This document shows, piece after piece, positions 22,215 to 34,800 of a stretch of 64,000 nt of DNA. A program made the translations under genes and the position numbers. The DNA is from Podarcis pityusensis (lineage: Eukaryota). Each line of letters starts with the position of its first letter. Positions within the stretch are counted from its first letter, which is position 1. Where the stretch lies: the NCBI GenBank assembly GCA_964106645.2, contig OZ067054.1; one strand, 5' to 3'. The notes beneath the pieces were generated by a model. That model did no database searches. It saw only the letters and a list, made by a program, of their open reading frames with translations, and was not told the origin of the DNA.

Positions 22215-24339
22215 CTCTAAATTAACCTCCAGTACAGCTCGTAAACAAAGTGTCAAAGTATAATTAAAACGGGATTTCTTTTTAGCGCTCAAATATCTTC
22301 ATGGGTAGTATTTTGGTCATTCGTAGCACAGCCCTGTGAGGCTGGTCAGTTTTATCATTCCCCTTTGGGCAGATGAAGGAGTGAGAAATCAGGTTAGGCC
22401 TAAGGTGGAGCTGGGGATACTTGCGCTATACTACAGTTGCAGAGTATAGCAGGGGGTTTGTAAGCAGCTGTTGGAAAGTCTGCCCTGGAAGGCACAGAAA
22501 GTTGTTGGGGTGGTGTGAGAGAGGAGGACATAAAAGAGATCTTACAGTGGCTCCTTCAGCCTTGGAGTGAACCTGGTTTTGCAACTGAAGTGACAAATGT
22601 GCATCTTGGAGCATTGAACGCTGACTCGTCCATCAGTCATGCTCCCTTTGTCAATCCTTCAAGCAGATTGCCCCTTCTATTTTATTTCAACATCAAAAGC
22701 AACAAGAGGAGGAATGTAGCAACAACGAAAGCCAAAAGCAATTCTTCTGGGAATTGGGGGCTTGAGGGTGGGAGAGGGGTTTTGTGATGATTGGTATTAG
22801 CCAATTGGGAGCCTGCCTAGCTGGCTTTTGCTGTAATAATGTCGTTCAGAGCTCACCCCCCGGGAAGGGAATTACACTTGGACCGAACAAAATCGAGGAG
22901 CTTCTAAGTTTGCTCTTGCAAAAATGTCATGTCTGCCTTTGATCTTCTTTCCTGACTCCTTTCCAGAACACGTTTTGACAAGGCCAAGAATTGGAATCCA
23001 AACTTTTTTCCTTATGTTTATATTTCTCTCTCTTTCCCCACAAAGACTTGTTGCCTTGCTGCCTCCCTGGTAGTTTACTCACATTGCAGACCCCAATACA
23101 GGACCAGCCCAGCTCCAACTCCCATCAGCCCCAACCAGAATGGGCAATGGCCAGGGACGATGAGAGCTGCACACATCACCTGGAGAACGCCAGACTGGCT
23201 CAGGCTGATCTAAATGAAGGGGGCACCACTGTTCCAGAGATCACAATGCAAGCCCAGGCAACCTTTGGCTCCCCAGACCAGACTAAACTACAATTCCCAT
23301 CATCCCTGGCCATTGGCTATGCTTGCTGCTGCCGATAGGAATAGGTAGTTCCGCAACATCTGGAGGGCCACAGCTTCCCCACACCTGGCATAAAGGATGG
23401 ATGCTCTTTTTGTCAGATGCAGCCCTGGTCTTCCTGGATCTGGGTGTGGGAAGTGGACGTCTCATTACAGGCTGTTTTAACACACGGCTGTGTTCTTGGA
23501 ATACAGTGGAGTCTGTGTTTAATTTTTATAGGTGCCTAGACAAAGGACTGCATGTCACCCCTGCCATTCCCAGCCCCCGTTGCTCCTAAGTGAGTCAGGC
23601 CAATTTTAATTTGCTTACTGGGTTTATTTCATGACATTAATCCATGTTGCCTTTTAAAACAAAAAGAAGGCAGTAGTCAACTACCAGAGGAAATTCATGC
23701 TAAGTATATCTGGTAAACGAAGAGGAGTGCTGCCACACAGCCAAGCTGGACCAGAACCTTCTTATTTCTGCCACGGCAAATGTCCCTGGTGTTTTGATCT
23801 GCCTGCCCAAGGAATCAGGACTCCTGGGCTCCCGCCCTGCACTGTGATTATGCATTGAGCAGGTGGGGCAGGCAGCTGCGTTTGGGAAATGTTGCCTCTG
23901 ACCAATTTCCTCCCTCCCTCCCTCTCTCTGTACTGTCAGAGACCCCTCCCAGCATCTGCCCTGCTGTGGCTTTTTTGACTTCCTCTGTGCCAGAGAGCTG
24001 AGGAAGCTTTGCTGCTTGTTGTCTGCCAGCTAGGTGGAACCAGCTCGCAGCAAGTTGAATGCGGCAGGAGGTTTTTTTGGAGGGGGCGGTGGAAGCTGCT
24101 TGCTTGCTCAGTCCATGAGCAGCAGCTCTGCCCCCAATGCTCGCAGTTGCCAATAATATTCACACATGAGAGGGGTTCACAGCTCGCTGAAAGCCACTCT
24201 GCAACCTGTTTCTGTACATTCCCACAGTTCACAAAAGGATGGGGAATCTACACCTTCCAGGTGCTGAGTCAAATCCTCATCAGAACCAGCAAACATGTCT
24301 GATGGTCATGGATGATAGGAAGTGTAGTCCAACAACCTG

Positions 24340-24476
24340 CAGCCTTTCTCAACCTGTGGGTCCCTAGATGTTGTTGAACTACAACTCCCATGATCCCAAG
24401 CTCACAGGACCAGTGGTCAGGGGTGATGGGAACTGTCGGCGAAAAACATCTGGGGACCCAGGGTTGAGAAAGGCTG
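24340..24476. mobile_element. Palindromic hAT-type MITE
   Basis: TIRs CAGCCTTTCTCAACC / GGTTGAGAAAGGCTG. Confidence 0.75.
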
Positions 24477-26534
24477 GGAGGATCACAACCTCCTCGTCTC
24501 TTTATTTGGTAGGAGGATAATTAATTTTTCTGAGTGTAGCAGCACCTGATCATTCTCTCCATGCAATAAAAAATACTTCTCCTGCTGACTGACTGCTGTT
24601 AAGGACACGGGAGCATGCCAGACTGATATTTTAAAAAAATAAAATTTATGGTCAGTTGACAATCCTACTCAGTGGTAGAAAATGCACCCTGTAGGCGCTT
24701 CTTTCAAGGGAGCCTTGGCGTTTCATGAGCAAAGGCCTGCTGGAGGGGAGAACCTTCCTCACTTTCCTGCAAAGCGCTGCCTCACTTTGCATTGTAGGCA
24801 GAGGAAGGTTCTTTCCCCCCTTGCCTTAGGCTAAGGGTTTTCCAGGAAGGGTGTGAGCTTACAGCAGCCATGCAGATTGCTCAACGGGTTATTGTGGCAG
24901 CTCTGCAGTGATTCAGACGCCTATCTTGCAGAGTTCAGCAACAGCTGCCAAAGTTGTACTTCAAGTCAGCCCAAGCCCTGCTGGCGCCTGCAGATTGCGA
25001 GTGTGTTTAAGGCAAACAGTGTTTCAGCCCTAGACACCAACAGGGACATCAGGGATTTCTCCTGTGCAAGTCAGTTAATTGACCGTACATTGAGTGTGCA
25101 CAAGATAATTTCCAAGGGGTTGTCTCCCAAACTAGGTGTCCTAAATCAGCAGTGGCCCTCCAAATGCTGCTGGACTCCCAACTCCCATCATCCCTGACCT
25201 TTGGGCCAAGGCTGGCTGGGGCTGATAGGAGTTGTAGTCCAACAACATGCAGAGGGCCAGAGATTCCTTACCACTGCCAATCCAGAGTTAGAGTAATCTA
25301 TATGCTGACTCTAAGAGACATAAGGCAGCTTCACAGTATTTTACAAGCTTCCATAAGATACACATTCAGGACCCACATAGGAATTCCTCTCTCCCACCCA
25401 TATGTATGAAAATATGAAACTCCCACAACCCTGACTTTCTGTCCAGTATGTGTTGCTTTGCAAGTTCTGTGATGGACAAAGGACCTTCGTTGGGAAGGAA
25501 ACAGCATTTTCCACTTTTAAAAAAATGTTTCCATATGAAGATGTCCTCCTTTTAGGATTGTGTGTGTTGTATTTGGTAACTAGGGTGTCCTGGGCAAGAT
25601 GGGCATGGGACATTTCAGGCTTCTAGATGGGGAAGCACTCGAACAGGGTTTTGGTAGACCCTGTGCATGTTCCAGTTCCAGACATCTTTCTGCATGATAA
25701 TAGAGAAAGCATTGATCAAAAATTCTATAAAATCAAAGAGAAAGAGCGCCTCATCTTCCATCAAGAGTGCTGTAACAAGCCATTCTAGAACAGTGTTTGA
25801 AGTTGTGAATCATCATCATCTGACTTAAAACAGGGGGGAAAGTAATTTCTATACCTTAAAAAAGAGAGTGCTGTAACAATGGGTAGATTTAGCAAGAAGC
25901 TCAGAAACAGAGCCACAAACCATAAACTCCACTGCAGAATGCTTGGTTGTTTTATCAGGGTATCTGAGGTCAAGATGAATGGGCTCTGCTCTGCTCCCTG
26001 GAAAAAATATTCCACAACCCTTCTATTAAAATCATATTTGAAATGAAAGTTCAGGTGCCAATTTAGCCTGGTTTAGTGGTGCCAGGACTTACTTTGATTT
26101 GGACACCACTTTGCCATTGTGGGGACCATGTACTAAAGATCAGAAATATGGTGAGCGAGCAGCAAAGTGGATTTGTTGGTGTTTTCTCTTTCCCAAGCTT
26201 CCCAAAAATAGCAGTAAAGCATAATACACTGAAAAGCAGGTCACAGAGCAGGAGCCAAAGCCAATGCCCATTTGGTACCAGCCTGAGCATACTTCCAGAC
26301 AACTTTTTCACTGAGCATTCACCCCGATTTGTTTGCAGGGAAATTAAAGGGTCAAAGCAAGTGTTTTCCCTCACTCTCCAGCACTTTCCTTATCATGAAA
26401 AGTGAAGTCTTTGGGAGAAGCAGGTTTGTTGCACAAGACCTTGAAAACAACTTTAATTGTGCAGCCTGAAATTTGCCAGGATGCAGAAGCACCCCAGGAC
26501 TCTTACCAGAACAGAAACCTTGGGGCCTTGGGAA

Positions 26535-27344
26535 CCTAGGAAGTTGCCTTGTACTGCGTCAGATCACTAGGTCCATCTAGCTGACACTGAATCAGCCACC
26601 TAGCATGAGTTCCCGGTGCCAGGGGAGCATGCACTGGAGGGGCATGCATGTGCCAGGGGGCGGGGCGCAGAGGGTGAAGGATCCCACTGTGGCACACCAG
26701 CCGACACTGCCAGAGGGGCCCTGCCCTGCCCCAGAGTTCAGCAGGGCTGCGCTGCAACACCTACCCATCCATGCAAGGGGGAGCCAGCCAACGCGGCACT
26801 TGGTGGGGGCAAAGTAAGTGCCCCCACGCTGGCACCCCCAGCGTGGCCTGGCCTGCTGCTCCTCTCTGCATGTGTTGCCAGGGTTGCCATACATCCAGAA
26901 TTTCCCAGACATACCTGAAATACTGCGGTCGGAAGCAGTGTCCAGGCAGAAATCATCAAAATGGGAAAATCCAGACGTACGGCAATCCATGTCAGCAGTG
27001 TCATTTTTGCCAGCTTTCCTTTAAAACAGCTCCACAACTAAGAAAGCTCAACAACTTTGGCCCAAAAGGGTGGGGGGAGCTCAACACTTTTATGGCCACC
27101 CTAAGCGTTGCTTCCTCTGATGCCAGGAGAAGGGCCCTGGAGGCACCTGTTTCATACCCAGTCAAAAATCTGCTCTGGGCCACCGCCCTGCTGGCACACA
27201 CCCACCCCGCTCCGCCCCTGCACTGACTGGTAGCAGCTTGGCAGGGTGCACTCCCTGTCCTACTTGGAGGTGCCACTGGGGTTTGAACCTGGGACCTTCT
27301 GCATGCAAGGCAGCCGCTCTAGCCCTGAGCTGTGGCCCTTCCCC
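26535..27344 (-). mobile_element. tRNA-derived SINE (Squam3-like) split by an insertion that contains a hAT MITE (26879-27103)
   Basis: Minus-strand A/B-box head at 27344-27270 (AGCTCAG..GGTTCAAACCC); tail at 26590-26535; internal TIRs CAGGGTTGCCATA / TATGGCCACCCTA. Confidence 0.6.
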
Positions 27345-29440
27345 GGGAACTTGCTGCTGAGCTCTTTGCTGCATGCTTGGTGGCAAGCCAGGAAACAGCA
27401 GGGTGCAAAGACGTGAAACCTGCCAGCTCATAGCTAGGCACACTGAAGTTTCCCCTGCACGGTAGAGGCCTCCGTGCTGTGCGCAGGTAGAGCCGCTGGC
27501 CATAATGAACCACAGGCAGCTGCAGCCTCAGCACCTCCACCACCAGCTTGAGTTCCCACAGTGGTGTCAGCTCAGATCACAGCCATACTGTGCCTCTTTC
27601 CGCTGTAGCAGAATGAGATTGTTTAAAAATAGGTTTAGTGAGTACATCAAACCATATATTCACACACGAAACCAGAATAGACAGAGCTTAACTCCCAGGG
27701 CTTTGGCAAAGTGCTTGAGATTGGCTAACTTGCAAATGAGTGGCCAGGAGCTTTAGCATTCATGTTCTCGGTAGCTGGGCAATCCTCCGCAGCCACCAGT
27801 GTTTTGAGAAGGTGAAGCCACGTGGAGGGAGACAGTTTGCTCTGGAGGGAACACATGCAAGGCGAGGATGAACTAAGTGCTACATCCCAAGGGGTAGAAA
27901 ACTGGGAGCAGAGTTTGAGGGATTGGACATCTTCTGCAGAAGCATCTCCTGCTTATGTCCTTGCATGCATATGTAAAAAGAAAGCAGATACTGCAAATAC
28001 ATTCCAGCAGTTCACTAAGTCCTGCACTGTTGGGTGGGGTGGGGGGTTTACTTCTCATCATATAGGGGTTGCCTCCCAGATGTTAGGACTCCCAATTGTC
28101 TCTGACTACTGGCTCTACTGTCAGCGGCTGATGGGACTCCAACATCATCTGGAGGGGGCCCCTGACTTGGAGGGAAGGTAAATGGGGTTGCAAGCTAGCA
28201 GCGCTGAACTCTGTGCCAAGATAATCAAGTTATAGACCCCCCCTCCCCATCTCAATTATACAAATATGCAAGTTTTCTTACCTTGCATAATTTTCATTTT
28301 GCAACTCAGGGGAAAGTAATGACATAATAAGCAGTGAAGCCCCCACCCACTCAATTCAATTATGCGAAGGCTTCTGAGATTTCAGTACCTTTGCCCACAT
28401 ATTATTAAGCGTTATCTTTGCAATCAAAGAAGACAGAAAGTTGCTTCCCCTCTCCTCAAAATGGAAAACCACCAAACTCTCTGCCAAACGCTACATTCCA
28501 CATTATTTCGCCCACTTCCACAGAATTGCAGCATATACACAACCCTGCTATTAGGGGGACGCATATATGGTGAACAAGCACCGCTCCACCCTAGAGAGCC
28601 AGCATGGAATGTTGGTTGGTTGTAGGCCTCGCTTACAATTACAGCTGAGCAAGGGCACTTCTGGACTGAATCCCACCCCAAAATAGAGACAACCACACGC
28701 CAGTAAATTCTTATTGGGCAATCACAGTGGACTGGGAAGTTTTGCACAACAACCCCACTTCCTCAAACGACTGGCCTTTTTGCATTAAGGGAGGTAATGG
28801 GAAAGTGCACTGGAAAGTGTGGGGCAGGACTTGCTTTGATGCAACACCATTTAACTTCCCCAGAAACCAATTAGGACAAATGCTTAAAAACAAAAAATCA
28901 GGCCACCTGGAAGCACCCTAAGAGTAGAGAGACGAGCTTATTGTCAGGAAGACAAAATGCACTGGCTTTTAAACAAAAATGACCAATTGTTATTTTTTCC
29001 CCCTGTAGTCCTTTTCACTAGCAGGCACAGGTTTCTCTATACCAAATATGACTCTTCTCCCTCCCTCCCCCCCCTCCGAAATTCCACACTCATTTCCATT
29101 CTACTTCATACCCTCAGCCTCCCTGAGTGTTTCTGCCAAGCTGGCCTGCATCCTTGAACTCTGCCTCTTGGATGCCTAGATGAAGAAGAGTGTTGGTAGA
29201 AAGCAGCCTCCCATACAAAGGTTAAAAATGTGTTTATTTCTCCACCCACCTTTGCCTGTTGTCCCACCCACCACTTACAGGTAGCCCCTGGATAGTTGCA
29301 CAGCTGGAATTGTGGCCCTCAGTCAATTATAATCCCCCCCCCAACTGCCATGCAAGCTCAGTTAAGCAGAAACAACACTGCTGAACCCTGTCCTTTAAGT
29401 GTCCTGTCCTCGCATCAAGGGAATGGCCCTACAGGCTGCC

Positions 29441-29619
29441 CATATCTGTCAACTTTCAGATTTGAAAATAAGGGATGGGCAGCCTCGAAAATAAGGGAAC
29501 AGCAGCCTCACCTGTCTCGGGGACAATCTACGGGATATTTAACAATCTGGGATAGCAGCGGGAAAAGGCGCTGGAATAAGGGAATTTTCCGCAAAAAAAG
29601 GGGAAGGTTGACAGCTATG
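29441..29619. mobile_element. hAT MITE, 179 bp
   Basis: TIRs CATATCTGTCAAC / GTTGACAGCTATG; perfect 8-bp TSD AGGCTGCC. Confidence 0.85.
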
Positions 29620-30050
29620 AGGCTGCCATAATGCTCAAACTAAACATGGGAGACCCATGCTTCTCTCTTTGATGCTTAAATGTGTTTCAATGCTATTCCA
29701 TTTCCCTCCATGGAGCTCAAGGAGAGGCATACGTTATTTCTTGTACCCTCTTCAGTTTCCGCCTGTTTATTTTGCTCAATAAGTACTGAATTTTGCTCAG
29801 TTGGCCTGGAAAAGGGGGGGGGGGGACAAAAAGCAAGAATGGAAAGGGCCAAAAGGACATTTACTGAAGAAATCATGGAGTAGGAAATGCACTAAGGCCC
29901 ATTTTGATTGTGGCGAATACTGATCACAATCTGAAAATGTTAACCAAGTTAAACTTTGAACACAAAACTTTAGCCGAGCGCTATTGTTTAGTTCTAGAGA
30001 AACGCAAGGAAGATTTTGAACCACAGCTACCTTCTGGTCTAGGTGGGATG

Positions 30051-30127
30051 TTTGAAAATCATTAGCTTAGAATGCAGCAAGTATTTCTCAAAGTGTTCCT
30101 AAGCTAATGATTTTCAAAGTGTTCCTA
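30051..30127. repeat. Perfect 20-bp inverted repeat overlapping a 14-bp direct repeat
   Basis: TTTGAAAATCATTAGCTTAG (30051-30070) / CTAAGCTAATGATTTTCAAA (30099-30118); TCAAAGTGTTCCTA twice. Confidence 0.85.
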
Positions 30128-30962
30128 GTAACCCAGGAGTTTCATCCTAAGAGTAGCAAGGGACTCTCCTAGGGGAGGTTGCCCACCAGACCTCTGGGGC
30201 TGTGCAGCCATTAAGCACCTTAGAGCAGCCTTGCTGGCTCCGCTCCAAGGCCCATCTAGTCTAGCATCTTGTTTGCACAGCAGCTAAGCAGATGCCCAAA
30301 AGAAGCCTGTGAACAGGACCTGAGCCCAACAGCATCCTCCCCCTCCAGAGTTTCTAGCAACCAGTGTGCAAAAGCATCTTGCCTCCAACCGTTGAGCCGC
30401 TATGGCCAGCAGCCATTGATAGGATTCCACACACTCATTGGGGAGAAGATTCCATAGTTTAACTGTGTGCTGTGAGAAGGACTTCAGCTTCACTGGATGC
30501 TCAGGAGTCCTAGTGTTCCGAGGGGGTGGGGGCAACCCTTGTGTACCAAGTTCAGAATCCTTTGCTAGATAAAGCCATGGGCAGCTATTAGGGAGAGAGA
30601 TACAGATGTTCCCCCTGAATTAACCATTAATTCAGATTCCCAGCTTTAGGTTTAGAAAAGTTTCCAGCCTTTGTAGAACTGTACAAACAAGGTCTCGCTT
30701 GTTCTGTGAGAAACTAGCCAGGGACCACCGCCTTTCTGTTATGTATGTTTGTTTATTTGACCAGAGGACAGAGGCCCAGGTGTGCAGGAGTCCATTATCA
30801 GGACAGCATGGAAAGGATCTCCACGTGTCTTCTACTTCCGAACACACTGGCTCCAAGTGGAAATCAACACAGCCCAACAAACAAACAGCTGAGTCCGCCT
30901 TTGCAAAGGGACCAAGTTAACAGAATTGACCAGGACAACCAAAAGCCATTTGAAGCAGAACT

Positions 30963-30968
30963 TTTATT
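30963..30968 (-). terminator. Probable FLNA polyadenylation signal
   Basis: First minus-strand AATAAA seen, ~700 nt after the FLNA stop. Confidence 0.65.
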
Positions 30969-31673
30969 CCCTTCCCTCCTCAAAAGAAAGGAGACCGGCA
31001 GTTGTGCACAACAACAATAACAACAACAAACAACGACTTAAGACTTGGAAGGATTAAAACAAGATTTTTGGTTATAAACTGGCAAAGCAAGGAGAGGCAC
31101 AACAGCAGCTCCCGCCACTTATCTGTGTATCAATGGAGCTTCCATCTCAAGCCGAAGAAGGGAAAGTGAAAATCTAGAGAGAAAAGGGACCGGCCGCCTG
31201 CAGTTCCATCGGGTGCAGTGGTTTTTGCTTTGTTTCGTTCTCTCAAGCAGTGGATGGCACCGATACAGGTATGTGGTACCAGGTGCCTGTTTTTGAGGCA
31301 GGAAGGACGCCTTCCTGGCAAACTCAGGGAGGGAGGCACAAAATTCAGTCCATGGGCACGAAGCCAGTGCTTTGGCAAGAAAAGCAAAATCAAACCTGCC
31401 CCTCAACAGTCCTCCCCTCCAAAAAAGGGTGGGGAAGGGGGGAAATCACTGACAAAACTGGTTGAAAAGAGTTAGTGCTGCATGTAAACAGATCCACAGG
31501 AATCCGCCCCCCCCCCATCCCAAGGGCGACTTGCTCCCTTTCCCCACCCACACCGGCACAAAGCCTGCCAAGGAAGTTTAAGAGGCAGCGTCTCAGGTGG
31601 GCGAGTTGGGGTAGTGGCATTACAAAGAGGGCTCAAGAGGGGCAGTGTTATAATCGGGGGGGTGGGGGGAGGA

Positions 31674-31861
31674 TTAAGGCACGGAGACATGGAAGGGGCT
31701 GCCGGGGATGTGCTCCTCTCCCCACTTCACCACCAGCACATAATCCCCTCTGTCCTTGAGCAGGTAGGTGACGTTGTAGAGCCGGTTGCCCAGGTGCTTC
31801 ACCACAATCTCCTCGCAGGGGGTCTTGGGGCCATGCACCCCCACCAGCAGCATGTTGTTCC
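31674..31861 (-). CDS. FLNA: FLNA exon 48 (last coding exon)
   Basis: [23 protein letters not shown]...[12 protein letters not shown]. Confidence 0.95.
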
Positions 31862-34800
31862 CTGCGGAAAGAGCAAGGGGTGGGAGGGGGGGTCCAGTCA
31901 AAAGTGATGCATGCTGTAATATTTAGGTCGGGAAGAGCTAATCCCGTTGAAAGACCTAATATTTAAGTATACAAGAGAGGCAAAAAGGTGTTTCGCTCCA
32001 AATGTCTCACTAACTCAATTATCCCTCCCCACTCTTCTCTCCTTCCATTTCTAGACCAGCCTCCCCCAATCTTGAGCCCTGCAGGTGATTTACTGCTGAC
32101 TGGGGCTGATGAGATTGTTGTCGAAAGCAGCTGGAGGGCACCAGTATTGGGGGAAACTGGTCCAAACATGCAAGTAAGCAAACAGCTTACTTTTTTTTGT
32201 CCCTTTGTTCTCCTTCAGACCCTCTCCAGTCCCCATCCTTCCCCCCACCCCCTGCACAGGTTGCCAATTAATGGCCTCACTAGAGTTGCCAACTTTGGGC
32301 CTCAAGTTCTGGCACCTCAGGCTTTGCCTCTGAGCACCCTGGTGTGTCTCTGGGAGGCCACCCTTGAAGAAGATCCTGAATCCCAATTTCTTTTAGGAGC
32401 TACTGTGCAACCTTATTTGGTCTAGGCTAGGTAGCTTATCCTTGCTATTTGTGGTGGTGTTTTGTTTTAAAATACACTTCCAAGTTACAGTGGTGCCTCG
32501 CAAGATGAAATTAATTCGTTCTGCGAGTTTTTTCGTCTTGCGAATTTTTCGGCTTGCGAAGCACGGTTTCCCATAGGAATGCATTGAAAATCCAAAAGGA
32601 AACAAACTTGCAAGACGTTTTCGTCTTGCGAAGCAAGCCCATAGGGAAATTCGTCTTGCGAAGCAACTCAAAAAACAAAAAACTATTTCGTCTTGCGAGT
32701 TTTTCGTCTTGCGAGGCATTCGTCTTGCGAGGTACCACTGTATATGACTTGTCCATCCATCATTTCCCACATCAAGCTCCTTAGCTAGGATGGGGCCAAC
32801 CATACATTTCAATTCGAAACACTCATCTGACCCCATAAGCAAACCCACCCAGACCATCACCTGGTCAGTGCCCAAATTAGCTTTCCAAAGCTTCTAACCG
32901 CAGTGACCAAAACCTTGCAGTTGTGTGCCTTTCTTCCCGTCCCCACCTGCCAACAAATCTACACCCACCTGCTTTGCTGCAATCAACAGTGAAAGAGTTC
33001 TTCTGCCCCACAAAGCCCTTGTTGAGGCCCAGGCCCTTGGCAACCACCTTGCTGGCATCAGAGGCAAACTTGGGGGCTGCTCCATCATGTTTGGCCACTC
33101 CATCCATGAAGACCGAGGAAGTCTCGTGGAGGCTGTGGCTGGGGACGAGACGGGCCCCTGCCAAGGAAAAGGAAGGACGATTACACAGGTGCGAGGAGCG
33201 TAAGGCTGTATCTGGGCAACACCCTCTTTGCCGCCCCTTCCCCAAAGTACCATCAAAATTGGCCTTCATCATCCTGGTGCCCTCCAGATGCCGTTGCACT
33301 CCAACTCCCATCAGCCTCTGCCAACATGGCCAGTTGGCAGGGTTGGTGGGAGTTGTCACCCAGCTTCTGGAGGGCAATTGGGGTAGGCCGATCTATGTTA
33401 AGGTTGCAGTCTCTGCTACAACATGAAGGTTACAATGCTACTCGTGTGTCCTCAGATATGGTCCATAGTCTGGAGTGATGGCAAAGCCCTTAAAAAGTTG
33501 GACACCTTCTTGCCTAAGCCAAGCTTCTCTCTGCCTCCCAGCCCAGGCTCTTACCTGTGATTTTGGCCTTGAAGGGGCTGCCAGCAATGTGGTACGGGCC
33601 ACCATATTTAATGGAGATGAGGTAGCTGCCAGGTGCCATGGGTGTGTAGATGACCTTGTAGCCCTCTGGGCACTCTTGGCAGTCCATCTTCACCTTAGAG
33701 GGGCCATCAATGGTGACGGCCAGTGCCCCAGGCCCAGCATTTGTGGTGTTGACTATGAACTCAGCAGGGCTTCCTGTAGGAGAGAAGAGCAAGAGGTGGC
33801 AACTTCTCTTCAAGGCTCTGGGCAGCCTCTCATCCCTCCCCCCTCCCTTCCTCTAGGCTCTCTTATTACCTGTCATGCCACCTTCTAAGCCAGGGCCGTA
33901 GGCAGACACCATCCCTGGGTCCCCAGCTTGGCCCAGCTCCCCAACACGGATCTTGAAGGGACTGCCGGGAATGTGGCTGCCGTTGAACTTGACGTCAACA
34001 GAGTAGATGCCATTCTCACGGGGGATGAAACGCACAGCGTATTTGTCTGTGGGAAAGGTGAGAGGAGGAAGAACAGGCAGGTGTAAGCAGCCTTCCAGCA
34101 GTTGTCATTGGCTCTGAGAAGTCGTGTGTGTGTGTGTGCACGCGCGCACACACACCCACACCCACACCCACCCACACACCACAGAATAGATCCCAGAAGA
34201 GAAGCACAACGAAGTAGACAATTTAGTGGAGATGACCCCTATATACTAAAATATATCCAGCAAATTCAGCCAGCATGAATGACACAGGCTAATGGTAGCT
34301 CAGTAAACCTGGGGCCCTCCAGATGTTGTTGGACTACCTCTCCCATCATCCCTCATCATTGGCCTGCTAGCTGGGGATGACTTAACTGCTTAAGATCAAG
34401 AGCTAAAAGCCAGATAGAGACCTGTTGGGGTAAGCTCTGGTTTTAAAAAAGCACACTTGAAGTGGAACTTGGTTTAGAGCAAAAGGCATTTGCCAGTGGG
34501 CATGCCAAAACCAAAATGCGCTTGGCTGGGAGAAGCAAAGGGGAAGTGGCTATGGGGAGCATTTCCACTCCCCTCACCTGCCCTTTTCTCTAGAAGAGAA
34601 TATTCCCAAGGCCAAGCTCCTCACATGTAGCCTGTAGTTCTGTGTCTGCTTCCTTCTCTAGTAAAAATAAGCACATGGGTCCTGATCCAGATAGGGGTAC
34701 AATACACACGAGTGTGACGGTTACTAATAGTTTTTAAAGCTCCCAAAGGTACCCTGTTTCTTACTCTAAACACACATCTGCAGCTACAGGTTACATAACA

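Noticed and set aside
27270-27344. tRNA-like A/B boxes on the minus strand
   Set aside because: No full cloverleaf acceptor stem; continues into a SINE body, so it is a SINE head.
17000-30000. MALAT1-like triple helix plus tRNA-like (mascRNA) module, reported in lizards
   Set aside because: No paired U-rich tracts followed by an A-rich tract and cloverleaf found on either strand.
32488-32740. Regularly repeated TTCGTCTTGCGA resembling a CRISPR-like array
   Set aside because: Eukaryotic context, irregular short spacing, enclosed by TIRs and a TA TSD: a Tc1/mariner MITE.
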